A stretch of 63,978 nucleotides of DNA, the filler included, from Chloroflexota bacterium (GTDB lineage Bacteria > Chloroflexota > Chloroflexia > QHBQ01): the NCBI GenBank assembly GCA_043754535.1. It is 3 parts of 3 records of this genome, joined end to end, with 100 filler letters (N's around TTAATTAATTAA, not from the genome) between each part and the next. Parts side by side here need not be neighbours in the genome. Positions count along the whole stretch, not along the records: positions 1 to 28,257 come from JAYUUN010000106.1; 2 more parts are not named here. One strand, 5' to 3'. The translations under genes and the position numbers were made by a program. Shown piece by piece: positions 1 through 10,496 of this stretch; the stretch's first letter is position 1; each line of letters begins with the position of its first letter. The notes beneath the pieces are model-generated. The model saw only the letters and a list, made by a program, of their open reading frames with translations, did no database searches and was not told the DNA's origin.

Positions 1-569
1 CCGTCAGTTAGCTGGCTAGAGCGGAGCAGCAGGGTGTAGCTGTCGGTGCTTGCGTCGTAGCGATCCAGCCGCCAACCGGGTTGACCGAGGTTAGCTGCCC
101 CCAGCGTCAGGCGATAGTGACCAGCCGGGCTGTAGCGGGCGACCAGGCCGAAGGCACCAGCGGCAGGCTGGCCGTAGGCGGTGGCCTCCACCCGGTAGTC
201 GCTGCCAGCGTCGACGCGCGGCAGGGCGAGGGTGTCGAAGTAGCCAATGGCGTAAGATGCCGTGCCAAGCAAGGTCAGTGCGCCATCCTGCACCTGCCAG
301 GCGGCGGGGAACTCTGCCTCAGGGCCGTGGCCGACGTTCACGAAGTCGTAGCTGGCGGCAGTGGAGGGATCGCTGAAGTCGGACTGGTAGTAGGTAGTTG
401 CGCCCGCAGCCAGGGTGGGGAGGGCGGGGGCGGCAGGGATTGCCGGGGTGCGAGCGGCAAGTTTGCTGCCCACTGGGGCTGCTGTCACAGCGGTGCCACC
501 GAGGGGGGCGACCAGGCACGTGAGGACGGCCAGGGTAAGCAGCAACCGCCGCAGTCTTGGGTTGAACAT
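1..569 (-). CDS. Secreted protein (signal peptide, Pro/Ala linker, beta-rich DUF1080/ConA-like domain); 3' end runs off the window
   Basis: Manual translation MFNPRLRRLLLTLAVLTCLVAPLGG...YYQSDFSDP...AWQVQDGAL...FGLVARYS; SD GGAGAAAAGGA upstream; absent from ORF track because it is open-ended. Confidence 0.65.
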   Translation of the reverse strand, partial: MFNPRLRRLLLTLAVLTCLVAPLGGTAVTAAPVGSKLAARTPAIPAAPALPTLAAGATTYYQSDFSDPSTAASYDFVNVGHGPEAEFPAAWQVQDGALTLLGTASYAIGYFDTLALPRVDAGSDYRVEATAYGQPAAGAFGLVARYSPAGHYRLTLGAANLGQPGWRLDRYDASTDSYTLLLRSSQLTD

Positions 570-658
570 TCCTTTTCTCCTGCTGACTAGGCGCAAGGTG
601 TAGCCCAGCGCACGGCTACGACGACCCAGGCCGCCGCAGTATTATGTTAATCTGCCTC

Positions 659-688
659 ATCATACAGTAGCTACCGCCGCCCTGTCAA
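659..688 (-). promoter_or_regulatory. Sigma-70-type promoter TTGACA-N18-TATGAT
   Basis: Near-consensus hexamers upstream of the 569 start. Confidence 0.55.
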
Positions 689-740
689 CTGTGGGGCAGT
701 TAAGCAGTACCAATGTACCATAGCCGATAGGATGACTGGC

Positions 741-926
741 TCAACCTGCGAGGGGACGCTTGAAGTAGGCGATGCCACCATCTACATTGACCAACTGCCA
801 GCCATTGCGGCTAGCATACGTCCAGCACTCCTCTGGGCTGCCCTCGAACAGGCGCGTGCCGCTCATCAAGTTGTAGATGATGCGGATACGCAGGTAGCAG
901 TATTCCCAGCGTTGTTCGTCTGCCAT
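741..926 (-). CDS. Small DUF4177-like protein (61 aa)
   Basis: WEY...GWQLV...YFKRP pattern; SD GGAGG. Confidence 0.65.
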   Translation of the reverse strand: MADEQRWEYCYLRIRIIYNLMSGTRLFEGSPEECWTYASRNGWQLVNVDGGIAYFKRPLAG

Positions 927-1054
927 GCTTGCCTCCCCTGTACTTGTTTTCTGCCATTATACAGCATAGTCAAAGGGCGGCCATTGTCTTGTTTCTGCCA
1001 CAAAGCAAAAGAGGAGCGTAGCCACAGCCACGCTCCCCCGTCGCTTGCGTACGC

Positions 1055-2557
1055 TTACTTAGCCGCCACTGCATACTGCGGGTTGCCCACTTCGGCCCGA
1101 TTGTTGCGCCGAGCCTCGAACAGATCCATGATCTGCTCAATGATCGTCAGACCCTCGTTAAGCTCGCTGCGGCTGATCACTAGCGGTGGGCAGAGGCGAA
1201 GCACACTCTTGCCTGCACCCAGCAGCAAGAGGCCACGCCGAAACGCCTCCTCTACAATGTCGTCGCGCAGTTGCGAAGCGTACTCCTTTGTCTGCTTGTC
1301 CTCGACCAGTTCGATGCCAACCATCAGGCCTACCCCGCGCACGTCGCCGACGAACGAATAACGCTGCTCCCACTCCTTGCAGCGGGCCAGCAGGTAGTCG
1401 CCCTGGTAAGTGGCGTTCGCCATCAGGTCTTCTTCAAGCAACTTGAGAGTAGCAAGGGCCGCTGCCACCGCCAGGGCGTTGCCGCCGAAGGTGTTGGCGT
1501 GTGCGCCGCTGGGCCAGGTCATCAGGTCTTCGCGGGCGATCACCGCACCGAGCGGTACGCCGCTAGCAATGCCCTTAGCCAGGCAGATCACGTCGGGGGT
1601 TACGCCAGTGTGTTCGATAGCGAACATCTTGCCGGTGCGCCCCATGCCGCTCTGCACTTCATCCACCACAATCGGGATATCGTAGCGGTCGGCCAGGTCG
1701 CGCAGCTTGGGGAAGTAGGCGGGCGGCGGCACAATATAGCCACCCTCACCCTGCACTGGCTCGACTACCAGGGCGGCTACTTCCTTCGGCTCAACATGGT
1801 ACTTGAAGGTAGTCTTCTCAATGTAGTCCACGCAGGCAACGTTGCAGCTAGGATAGGTCAGGTTGAGCGGGCAGCGATAGCAGTAGCCATAGGGTACTTG
1901 CTGGATGCCTGCCACCAGGGGGGCAAAGCCGGTTTTGTGCAGAGCCTTGCTCTGGCTCAGGCTCATGCTGCCATAGGTGCGGCCATGAAATGCGCCAAAG
2001 AAGCTGATCAGCACGGGGCGGCGGGTGTGGTAGCGGGCCAACTTCATCGCGGCCTCGATACTCTCGGTGCCAGAGTTGGTGTAGAAAACCCGCTTGCCAA
2101 AGCTGCCAGGGGCGTGGGCGATCAGCTTCTCAGCCAATTCGACTGGCTGCTCCATGTAGAAGTCGGTACCCGCCATGTGGATGAACTTCTCGGCCTGCTC
2201 CTGGATCGCCTTGACCACCGCCGGGTGTGTGTGGCCGGTGGAGAGGACGGCCACCCCAGCGTTAAAGTCAAGGTAGCGGTGGCCGTCTACATCCCAGACC
2301 TCGCAGCCCTTGCCGTGATCCATCACGAAGTCGTAGCTGCGGGTATAGGATGAGGAGATCACCTTGTCGTCACGATCAATAGTGGCGCGGGCCTTCGGGC
2401 CAGGGCGAGTGGCGGGTTGATCGTGGTCGGCGTGGCCGTTGCCATTCGGCTGGCCGTTGCCAGCAAAACCCGCGCCTTGGTGTGGGCCGTGACCGCCAAT
2501 CTCAGTGGCAGCGTCATCATCGTCGCTCATCAAAGCCAGTTCCTTTACTTCGTCCAT
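1055..2557 (-). CDS. Class III PLP-dependent aminotransferase (4-aminobutyrate/acetylornithine aminotransferase family)
   Basis: NSGTESIEAA, FHGRT, EPVQGEGG, DEVQSG, AKGI motifs; low-complexity N-terminal extension. Confidence 0.9.
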   Translation of the reverse strand: MDEVKELALMSDDDDAATEIGGHGPHQGAGFAGNGQPNGNGHADHDQPATRPGPKARATIDRDDKVISSSYTRSYDFVMDHGKGCEVWDVDGHRYLDFNAGVAVLSTGHTHPAVVKAIQEQAEKFIHMAGTDFYMEQPVELAEKLIAHAPGSFGKRVFYTNSGTESIEAAMKLARYHTRRPVLISFFGAFHGRTYGSMSLSQSKALHKTGFAPLVAGIQQVPYGYCYRCPLNLTYPSCNVACVDYIEKTTFKYHVEPKEVAALVVEPVQGEGGYIVPPPAYFPKLRDLADRYDIPIVVDEVQSGMGRTGKMFAIEHTGVTPDVICLAKGIASGVPLGAVIAREDLMTWPSGAHANTFGGNALAVAAALATLKLLEEDLMANATYQGDYLLARCKEWEQRYSFVGDVRGVGLMVGIELVEDKQTKEYASQLRDDIVEEAFRRGLLLLGAGKSVLRLCPPLVISRSELNEGLTIIEQIMDLFEARRNNRAEVGNPQYAVAAK

Positions 2558-2769
2558 CGCAGGGTACTACTCCTTCCGTTGCATAAACAAGGTTGACGGT
2601 GGCGGCAGGCGCATGGTATAGTGCCTCGTGGCAGGTGAGCCAGCACCAATGCTATTCTAGCACAATTTAGCCCGCTTGCCAACAGTTTTGCTGCGAATTG
2701 CCCCTTTTTCCGTAAATTGTTCGCCAGAGGACAGTGAGATGGGGATTTTATTCGGCAGAGGAGAGGATA

Positions 2770-3063
2770 ATGATCATTGCAGCCTGCCGTGTGTACCTGG
2801 TCATGTCGGCCAGCGATAGCGTGAAAGAGAAACGCGGGGTGGTCAAGGGGCTGCTAACCAAGATACGGAGCCGCTTCGCCGTCACCGCCGCCGAGGTAGA
2901 AGACAGCGACGACCCCACGCACTCTACCATCGGCTTCGCGGTGGTCAGCAACTCATCCGCTGTCGCCAACGCAGTGTTGGATAAGGTGCTGGCCTTCATC
3001 GACAAAGAGCAGGGTGATTACGAGATGTTGGACGATCAGACCGAAATCTTGCGCCCTTTTTAG
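2770..3063 (+). CDS. DUF503 (YlxP-like) family protein
   Basis: [10 protein letters not shown]...RF.V..AEV pattern; GGAGAGG SD before ATG 2770. Confidence 0.85.
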   Translation: MIIAACRVYLVMSASDSVKEKRGVVKGLLTKIRSRFAVTAAEVEDSDDPTHSTIGFAVVSNSSAVANAVLDKVLAFIDKEQGDYEMLDDQTEILRPF

Positions 3064-3100
3064 CGTTGCTCCTGTACGGCAAGAGGAGTATAATAGAGCA

Positions 3101-4696
3101 GTGAGTACAAGAGCAACATTCAGGTGGAGCAACCTTAACGCACAAGCCATCATTGGCATCGTGGGTCGTTTGCTGCTGAGTGTCGTTGCCATCCTATCCT
3201 TCTTTACCTTTCGGGTGCAACCGGGTAGCAACGGCCAGGCGTGGGTATCCGCCGCACTCTGGCTAATGGGCTTGCAGTTCATTATCGCCCCGATCACAGT
3301 GCTACTGACCGTGCGTGGCTACGGTGGCTTCGCCGTGACCGCTTCGATCATCTACGACACGGTGGCAGTGCTGATCACCGCTCACGCCGCCGGGGGGATG
3401 AACACACCCTATCCCCTACTGCTGGCGACCACGCTGGTCGGTGCCGGGGCCAACATGCGCCGCCATCCCCTCTCACTGATCGCAGTCGGCCTATTTGCCA
3501 TCAGCCTCTATTTCTTCTTTGCAGTGGTTGAACACGTACCTGCCCTGTTTGAGGGCGCGTTGCTGGTCAACGGAGTTGGCATCGGCATAGACACCGAGTG
3601 GCTCTACAGCATCTTCTACTTGCTGAGTTTCGCTTTCATCATCACGGTGATTGCTGCTGCCAACTTGCGCTCAAACCACCTGATCCGCACTGTTGCCGAA
3701 CAGAGTGCCGCCCTGAGCGAGGCCAACGCCGCCCTGACCCGCAGCGTGGCGACCCAGAGCCAGATCGCCAGCCAACTGAACGTGGCGGCGGGCGTACTTG
3801 CAGATGACGCGGGCGAACAGGTGGGTAGTTCCAACGAGCAGGCGACTTCGGTGATGGAGGTGAGCGTGACGATTGAGCAGTTGAGCCAGACTGCCCAGCA
3901 GATTGCTGACGCTGCCCGCGCCGTGTCGCAGGCTGCCGAGCAAGCAATGAACAGGGCGCGTAGTGGGCAGGAGGCAGTGCGCGACAGCATCATCGGTATA
4001 GCAGTGATCCGCGGCAAGGTGAACGACATTGCCACCCGCATCCTGGCCCTTTCTAACCGGGCGCAACGGATCGGTGAGGTGATCGATGTGATCAACGACA
4101 TTGCGGCCCAGACCCACTTGCTCTCGCTCAATGCGGCTATCGAGTCGGCAGAAGCAGGGGCAGAGGGCAAACGATTCGCGGTGGTGGCCGCCGAGGTGAA
4201 GAAGCTGGCGCAGCGAGCCAGCACCGCCGTGCGCGAGGTGCGTGGCCTAGTTACCGAGTTGCAGGCGGCTAGCAATACCGCAGTGATGGCAACCGAGGAC
4301 GGCATGAAGGAGACAGAGAAGGGTGTACAACTCGCCCACCTCTCTGGCGACGCGAACGAGGATATCATGCAGGTGGTTGACCGTACCAGCCAGCTTGCGG
4401 CAGCGATCAGACTGGCTACCCAGCAGCAGCGCACCGCCAGCGCGCAGGTGGCAACCACGATGCACCAGATCGCCGAGATCAGCGTGGCCGCCACCGCCAG
4501 CAGCCAACGGGCCGCCGCTGCTGCTGCCCGCGTCAGCGAACTCGCCAGCCAGCTACGCAACCTGCAAGGGCGCAGCCTCGCACTCGATACTGACAGGCTC
4601 AATCTGTACTCGCCTGCCGAGCAGGTCGCCGACAGCAGTCAGTCTATTACGCTGGAGACGAGCAGCCAGACTTCGGCAATGCGGTTGGTTGATTAG
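3101..4696 (+). CDS. Methyl-accepting chemotaxis protein with multi-TM N-terminus
   Basis: [35 protein letters not shown] signalling hairpin; about 6 hydrophobic segments; GTG start inferred from GAGGAG. Confidence 0.9.
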   Translation: MSTRATFRWSNLNAQAIIGIVGRLLLSVVAILSFFTFRVQPGSNGQAWVSAALWLMGLQFIIAPITVLLTVRGYGGFAVTASIIYDTVAVLITAHAAGGMNTPYPLLLATTLVGAGANMRRHPLSLIAVGLFAISLYFFFAVVEHVPALFEGALLVNGVGIGIDTEWLYSIFYLLSFAFIITVIAAANLRSNHLIRTVAEQSAALSEANAALTRSVATQSQIASQLNVAAGVLADDAGEQVGSSNEQATSVMEVSVTIEQLSQTAQQIADAARAVSQAAEQAMNRARSGQEAVRDSIIGIAVIRGKVNDIATRILALSNRAQRIGEVIDVINDIAAQTHLLSLNAAIESAEAGAEGKRFAVVAAEVKKLAQRASTAVREVRGLVTELQAASNTAVMATEDGMKETEKGVQLAHLSGDANEDIMQVVDRTSQLAAAIRLATQQQRTASAQVATTMHQIAEISVAATASSQRAAAAAARVSELASQLRNLQGRSLALDTDRLNLYSPAEQVADSSQSITLETSSQTSAMRLVD

Positions 4697-4720
4697 GCTA
4701 GCGAGGAGCTACGACTAGCT

Positions 4721-5308
4721 TCAGTGGGCGGCACTGGGCATGAGGGTAGGAACAGGGGTGGCGGCTAGCGGTGGTTCGATCAGCCAGTAGGTGGCCGAGC
4801 GCACCGCGTTATCGAGATTGGTAGCAACCGTGTTCGGGCTGGCTGCGTCGGCAATATACGCACCAGTGTCGTCGCCCTTGCTGCTAGCCAGGTTGTCACC
4901 CACCAGCACTGCTGCCACCTGACCGCTGAACAGGGTAAGTGAGATCACAGCACGGGGGGCGGAGATACCCGCCAGCCCATACTTGCTCAGGTCACCGCTG
5001 ACAAACTTGCTGGCGGTGGTCAGCTTCAGCAGCTTCTTGCTTGTTGCGCCAACCGCGTTGCTGTCCAGCAGCCCGGTGGTGCCGGTGACCGCCTCCCAGA
5101 CGGTGCTGCGGTGGCGCAGTTCCAGGGTCTTGCCGTTGTACTGGCGGATGGTAATCAACTCCACGTCTTCACCGCTGTAGTCCCAGAGGTAGGCTTGCTG
5201 ACGCAACTGCACTTGCTGGGGGTCGTCGCCCTTGACCAACAAGAAGGTGGCCGCGATCAACAGCAGCAGCACCCCCAGCAGGATGTATGTAGTCCGACTG
5301 TTGCTCAT
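4721..5308 (-). CDS. DUF4340-like membrane-anchored protein
   Basis: N-terminal TM, DLSKYGL motif, last gene of a Gld-type ABC operon. Confidence 0.7.
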   Translation of the reverse strand: MSNSRTTYILLGVLLLLIAATFLLVKGDDPQQVQLRQQAYLWDYSGEDVELITIRQYNGKTLELRHRSTVWEAVTGTTGLLDSNAVGATSKKLLKLTTASKFVSGDLSKYGLAGISAPRAVISLTLFSGQVAAVLVGDNLASSKGDDTGAYIADAASPNTVATNLDNAVRSATYWLIEPPLAATPVPTLMPSAAH

Positions 5309-5310
5309 CG

Positions 5311-7029
5311 CTATCGCCTCCGCCACCAGATTACGCCGCCGAACAACAAGACCAGAGCGGGCAAGAACAGGGTGCTGACGTAGAAGATCAGTGAGGCCTG
5401 TGCCTGGTTGATGCTAAGGGCGCGGAAGTCCTCCGTCTTCGCCTGGATGCCGCTCAAGGTCTCGTTCTGGGCCAGCCAGTTGATCGAGTTCAGCACCAGG
5501 TCGAGGTTGTAGCTACGGTTGCCAAAGTTCTGCACGTCAATCGTCGCGTTGCTGACCAACCGTGAGTTGCCCAGGGCAACCAGTCGGGTTGCGGAGAAGG
5601 TAGCACTGGCCGGTTGTTCGATAGCCACCCCCAGGATGTACTTGCCGCGCTGCTCCCCACGGTTGCCTAGCTCGGTTGTGGTGCTGGCTACGCTGGCCTG
5701 GGTCAGCAGCGTGGTGGTAGATTTCAGGTAGGCGGTTTCGTTCGTCTGCAAGAGAACCGACTTCACTACCCCCGTGCCAGTAACGACCGGCTGATTGGTA
5801 AGGACAGCGGTGGCCGCGTTGAGGACATTGGGCAGGGTAGTGCCGTTGGTCTTGAAGGCGCGGGTGATTGAGGCGAACGAGTAGTCTGTAGCGCGAAAGA
5901 CGTTGTAGGGGAAGCCTTGGATCGCCGACTGCGGGCCGTCGTCCACCAGCAAGCCGTCAGCAAAGCTAACCCCAAAGGGGGCGAGTAGCTGATTGGTGCT
6001 GCTCAAGGCCGCTGAGCCGTCGCGCAAGATCAGAGGTGCATCCAGCATCACCAGCAGGCGACCGCCAGCCCGGTTGAAGCTCTCAATCTTTTGGCGGTCG
6101 CCTGCGCTGAAGGCGATCTCTGGGCCGGGGATTACCAGCACGCTGATGCCCGTGTTGGTGATCACTTGCAAGCTGTCGAGGTTGATCGTGCTGACCAGGT
6201 AGTTATTGAGCTTGAGGGCCGCCGCCAGGGTGCTGTAGCCGCCCACCCCACTGTCGCCCAGTTCGTGTTCGAGGTGGCCGCTAAGGAAGTAGACGGTCGA
6301 AGGGGTGGGATCGAGCAGCCTGATCAGCGCGCCTGTCACCGTCCCCTCATCGGGCTGCTCCGTCACCTGCTGCTTCGCATTGGAGCCACCGCGCTTGGTT
6401 TCCAACACGATGCCGTCCCCTGGCAACCCACTCTGGCGGCGGCGCACCGGGTCCTGGTCGCTGTCTACCACTTCGTAGACAAAGTTGGGGCTGGCAGCGC
6501 GGTAGGACTCCAGGAGGTCGCGAGCCTTATCGTGGTTGATACTGTTCTGGCTGTAGTAGGCGGTCGCCCGCAACTCGTCCTGGAACTGGCCGAGGATGGT
6601 GCGGCTCTGGTCGGAGAGGCTGAACTGGCGGTTGGTGGTCAGGTCGGCGCGGGCGGTCAGGTAGCGGCCAGCCAGCAGGTTGAGGACGATCACGATGCCA
6701 ATCACCGCCGCGATGGTCACGAAGGCATTGCCGCTGTTGCGCGCTCCCCGACTGCTGAACAGGCCCCCTAGCGTAGTGGGGTTGAACCAGAAGAATACGC
6801 CGATCAACAGGATGCCAGCCGCCGCCAGGTAGCGCGGCACGGTATCAAACTGGCGGCTGATCAGCCAGTAGCCGAGGGCAAAGAAGACCAGGGCCAGGCC
6901 AAAGATGCCGATGATGTGCAGCAAGCTAAAGCCCCCGGTGTCCAGTTCCTGGTTGGGGTTGCGCGTACCACGCGCGGCAGGGCGAGGCGGGGCGGGCGAG
7001 TTGCGGGGGATTCGCGGTTTCTGGCTCAT
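5311..7029 (-). CDS. GldG-like ABC transporter auxiliary component
   Basis: DLT.NRQFSLS, VYFLSGHLE, GGRLLVMLD, N.DLVLNSINWL, terminal WWRRR; TGATG overlap with upstream gene. Confidence 0.85.
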   Translation of the reverse strand: MSQKPRIPRNSPAPPRPAARGTRNPNQELDTGGFSLLHIIGIFGLALVFFALGYWLISRQFDTVPRYLAAAGILLIGVFFWFNPTTLGGLFSSRGARNSGNAFVTIAAVIGIVIVLNLLAGRYLTARADLTTNRQFSLSDQSRTILGQFQDELRATAYYSQNSINHDKARDLLESYRAASPNFVYEVVDSDQDPVRRRQSGLPGDGIVLETKRGGSNAKQQVTEQPDEGTVTGALIRLLDPTPSTVYFLSGHLEHELGDSGVGGYSTLAAALKLNNYLVSTINLDSLQVITNTGISVLVIPGPEIAFSAGDRQKIESFNRAGGRLLVMLDAPLILRDGSAALSSTNQLLAPFGVSFADGLLVDDGPQSAIQGFPYNVFRATDYSFASITRAFKTNGTTLPNVLNAATAVLTNQPVVTGTGVVKSVLLQTNETAYLKSTTTLLTQASVASTTTELGNRGEQRGKYILGVAIEQPASATFSATRLVALGNSRLVSNATIDVQNFGNRSYNLDLVLNSINWLAQNETLSGIQAKTEDFRALSINQAQASLIFYVSTLFLPALVLLFGGVIWWRRR

Positions 7030-7748
7030 CAACGCCACCTCCTGCTCTGCAACGACTGGATAGCCATGAAGACGAAGACGACCGTGATGCTGAGGTAGTA
7101 GAATACATCTTTGGTGTTGATCACCCCCTGAGTGAAGCTGCCGTAGTGGGTGAATAGAGCCATCTGGCTGATGAAGGAGCGGATGTTGGGGTTGTCAACA
7201 AAGAGTGCGACCCGCTCGGCCAGCCACAGCACAAGGGTGATCGTCAGGGCGATGAAGGCGGCCACTGCCTGGTTTGCGCTGAGCGAGGAGGCGAACAAGC
7301 CGATTGCCAGGCAGGCCGCCCCCACCAGGGCCGCCCCCAGGTAGCTGCTGAGGATTACACCCCAGGCTGGATTGCCAAAGAAGGAGAGCAGCAGCCCGAA
7401 CACCAGGCTGAGGGCTAGCATCGCCAGGTAGAGCAGGAAGCTGGCAAGATACTTGCCGACCACCACCGCGCCGTCGCCGACTGGGGCGGTCAGCAGCAAC
7501 TCAAGCGTACCGCTGCGCTGCTCGTCAGCTAGCAAGCGCATCGAGAGGATCGGGGCGATCAGCAGCAATAGCACTGGCAGCGGGCTGAAGAAACCGTCCA
7601 TGCTAGCGGCCTGCGGGCCATTGGGGTCAGTGGCAGCCCCTGCAAAGAGGATGCCGCCCAGCACCAAAAAGGCAGCCATGATGATGTAGGCGAAGGGTGA
7701 GCCAAAGTAGCTGCGTAGCTCCTTGTTCAGCACAGTCAGGGTGTTCAA
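7029..7748 (-). CDS. ABC-2 type permease (GldF-like)
   Basis: KELRSYF.SP.AY, E.RSGTLELLLTAP, GKYLA. Confidence 0.9.
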   Translation of the reverse strand: MNTLTVLNKELRSYFGSPFAYIIMAAFLVLGGILFAGAATDPNGPQAASMDGFFSPLPVLLLLIAPILSMRLLADEQRSGTLELLLTAPVGDGAVVVGKYLASFLLYLAMLALSLVFGLLLSFFGNPAWGVILSSYLGAALVGAACLAIGLFASSLSANQAVAAFIALTITLVLWLAERVALFVDNPNIRSFISQMALFTHYGSFTQGVINTKDVFYYLSITVVFVFMAIQSLQSRRWR

Positions 7749-8803
7749 GAAGCCACCTCCTCGTCGGCGGTCTCAGCAGTGACCTCGGCGATGGTTGGAT
7801 TGTGGTCGGGAGCGGTGGCGGGGTCGTAGTACGCGTCGTCCTGCGCGTCGTCCTCATCGCGGGCGGTGGCGTTGATGAAGATGTCCTCCAACGTCAGGCG
7901 GCGGGTCTTCAACTCCAACAATGCTGTCCCCCCAGCGACCAACGCCGCCGCCAGGTTGGCCCGCAGGTCGCTGCCAGCGGCTGCCTCCACCAGGAAGCGG
8001 TATTGGTTGGGGCGGTCGCCGGTTAGCGGGGTCAGCAGTTCCAGCGATTGTACGCCCTCTACCTGCGCGATGGTAGACTTGAGCGGGGCAAGACTACCCT
8101 GAGCCAGCACTTCCAGGCGGTCGGTGCTGGTCAGGCTGCTCTCCAGGTGCGCCAGGGTGTCATCTACTGCAATTTCGCCCCGGTTGATGATGATTACCCG
8201 CTGGCAAAGCATACTCACTTCTGGTAGGATGTGGGTGCTGAGGATGATCGTGTGCGTCTTACCCAGTTCGCGGATTAGCTCGCGCACTTCGATGATTTGG
8301 CGCGGGTCGAGGCCAACTGTTGGTTCGTCGAGGATCAGCACTTCAGGGTTATGTACCATCGCCTGGGCGATGCCCACCCGCTGGCGGTAGCCGCGTGAGA
8401 GCTTGGCTATTAGCCGATTGCTCATCTCGCTGATGCCAGTGACCGCCATTACGTCCTCTACCCGCTGCTTGCGCTTGCCACTGTCGTTCATGCCCCGCAG
8501 CTTGCCCATGTAGTGCAGGTACTCGCGGGGGGTCATGTCGGTGTAGAGCGGCACGGTCTCTGGCAGGTAGCCAATCCGCTGGCGCACGGCCAGAGATTGG
8601 CGCACCACATCGAAGCCACCCACGCTGACCGAGCCGAGCGTGGGCGGGATGTAGCCGGTGATCACCTTCATCGTCGTGGTCTTGCCCGCCCCGTTTGGGC
8701 CGAGGAAGCCGACAATCTCGCCGTCGTTGACGTTGAAGCTGATGTCGTTGATTGCCCGATAGGGGCCGTAATACTTGGTAAGCTGCTGAACCTTGATCAT
8801 CAC
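7745..8803 (-). CDS. ABC transporter ATP-binding protein (GldA-like)
   Basis: GPNGAGKTT, LSRGYRQR, ILDEPT, STH. Confidence 0.95.
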   Translation of the reverse strand: MMIKVQQLTKYYGPYRAINDISFNVNDGEIVGFLGPNGAGKTTTMKVITGYIPPTLGSVSVGGFDVVRQSLAVRQRIGYLPETVPLYTDMTPREYLHYMGKLRGMNDSGKRKQRVEDVMAVTGISEMSNRLIAKLSRGYRQRVGIAQAMVHNPEVLILDEPTVGLDPRQIIEVRELIRELGKTHTIILSTHILPEVSMLCQRVIIINRGEIAVDDTLAHLESSLTSTDRLEVLAQGSLAPLKSTIAQVEGVQSLELLTPLTGDRPNQYRFLVEAAAGSDLRANLAAALVAGGTALLELKTRRLTLEDIFINATARDEDDAQDDAYYDPATAPDHNPTIAEVTAETADEEVAS

Positions 8804-8907
8804 AACCTCTCTCCCCCACCCTGCGGTAGGCCAGGGTGGGTGCTATGCCCCTTGCCGCACACCAGACGGTCAGCACACAACTTGTGCAGGATGCTACAAG
8901 CGTTGCT

Positions 8908-8937
8908 ATTCTAGCTAAGTAGGCGGTGGCTTGTCAA
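8908..8937 (-). promoter_or_regulatory. Sigma-70-type promoter TTGACA-N18-TAGAAT for the ABC operon
   Basis: Near-consensus hexamers. Confidence 0.55.
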
Positions 8938-8989
8938 GCCGTCAGCCCCAATTAGCCCGGTTAAAGGGTGATTAGAAGTGACTCCGCTC

Positions 8990-10366
8990 CTACTGCACTG
9001 CCTGCTGCGCTGCCTCAATCAGGCGTTGGAAGCCGGGGAAGGGGTAGGCTCCGGTGAGAGTGTAGCTGTTGATTACGAAGAAGGGGGTGCCTTGTAGCCC
9101 TGCCGCGTTGCCCAGCTTGAGCGACTGCTCTATCGTGCTGTCGAACCGCTTGCTGCTGTAGCACTGCTTGAACTTGGCGAGATCGAGGCCGAGGTTGGTG
9201 GCGTAGAGGGCGTAGAAGCTGTCCTCCTGGCCCTCAACCCACTCCTGGCGGTTCTGGAACAGGCGGTCGTGGTAGGGCCAAAACTGGCCCTGCTCGTTGG
9301 CGCAGAGGGCGGCGTTGGCGGCGGAGCGGGCTTTGGGGTGGACGCTCTCCAGGGGATAGGGGTGGTAGACAAGTAGAGCCTGACCACTGTCCACGTAGCT
9401 CTTAATTACCTGCGGCAGCGCATCGTCAAAGGCGGCTTTGCAGGCGGGACACTGGAAGTCGCTGAACTCTACGATTACCACGCTGGCCTGGGGGTTACCC
9501 TTCGTGATACCGTTCTTGCGAAGCTGACGCGCGTCAAGCAGCGCGTCTGCTACCCCATCCACGCCCAGTTCGGCGGCAAGGGTAGCTGCAGGGATGGGGG
9601 TGCGGCCTGCTAGCACTGGGGTCACTGCGACGGCTGCGCCGTCGGTGATGACGGAGGCGGGAGGCGGGGTGGTGCCTTCACTGGGGTCGGTGATAGTAGG
9701 CGCGACCACCTGATTGCCGCTCGGTTCGGTCAGCTTGAAAGGCTCGTTGAAGCGCGAGTAGTTAAAGCTGGCTTGCAGGTCACTGGTCGTCCCCTCCACC
9801 TTGAGCAGGTTGTTGTCGCTATCAATCCACAGGCTGAAGCTACCCTCGCCAGTGCTGAGGCGTAGGCGGCGGCTGGGTTTGCCGTTGAGCGTCTCGCCCG
9901 GTAGCGACTCTACCTTCGCCTTGTCGGAGAACGACCGCCAGATGTTGGACATGGCGGGGTTGGCCCCAGTCTGCGCTTCGCTGGGCTGCCAGCGGTCGGC
10001 GGCAATCTTCTGGTAGGTGCGCGAGCCGACGGTCAGGTACTCGCGCTGCTCGCCGCTAACGTAGGTGATGTTCAGGTTGCCACTGCCGGGCGGCACAATC
10101 CAGCCGTGGATGGCCTTAACATCGCTGGCGGTCATGTTGGCTGGCTTCTTGTGGCTAGCCTGAGCGTCGACATAGTAAGTGGTGAGGCTGTCCATGCGCG
10201 TCTGCATCGCCTTGAGCAGCGCGTTGGGGTCGGCAACGGTCGGTTGGCTGCCAGCGGAGGCGGTGCTGGCGAGCGGGGTGGCTGGGCTGGGGCTGGCTGT
10301 GCTGCTGTCGCCGCCGCAGCCAGCCAGCAGCAGGGTGAGGATTGCCAGAGTGATGAGCTTACGCAA
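8990..10366 (-). CDS. Lipoprotein: LppX/LprAFG-like domain fused to DsbA/thioredoxin_4 domain
   Basis: Lipobox LLAGC; LolA-like beta region ending FNYSRFNEP; EFSDFQCPAC and GTP cis-Pro loop. Confidence 0.8.
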   Translation of the reverse strand: MRKLITLAILTLLLAGCGGDSSTASPSPATPLASTASAGSQPTVADPNALLKAMQTRMDSLTTYYVDAQASHKKPANMTASDVKAIHGWIVPPGSGNLNITYVSGEQREYLTVGSRTYQKIAADRWQPSEAQTGANPAMSNIWRSFSDKAKVESLPGETLNGKPSRRLRLSTGEGSFSLWIDSDNNLLKVEGTTSDLQASFNYSRFNEPFKLTEPSGNQVVAPTITDPSEGTTPPPASVITDGAAVAVTPVLAGRTPIPAATLAAELGVDGVADALLDARQLRKNGITKGNPQASVVIVEFSDFQCPACKAAFDDALPQVIKSYVDSGQALLVYHPYPLESVHPKARSAANAALCANEQGQFWPYHDRLFQNRQEWVEGQEDSFYALYATNLGLDLAKFKQCYSSKRFDSTIEQSLKLGNAAGLQGTPFFVINSYTLTGAYPFPGFQRLIEAAQQAVQ

Positions 10367-10496
10367 ACAGTTTCTCCTCTTGGGTCAGGTTATGCAAGGT
10401 TTGTAACGCCGCCTATGGTCTTTGCGTATATTATAATGGAAAGGGCAAGCGGCTTGCCGATACCCTGCCCCAGGCGGGTGAAGGAGGGGGGAAGCG

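Noticed and set aside
81..590. Long antisense or alternative-frame ORFs in the track (e.g. 81-590, 1271-2353, 3616-4602, 14846-15907, 33816-35153)
   Set aside because: Shadow ORFs of real genes in GC-rich DNA, with no motifs or SD
4721..8803. Gliding-motility system suggested by GldA/F/G similarity
   Set aside because: This ABC + DUF4340 operon is widespread in non-gliding bacteria and no other motility genes are adjacent
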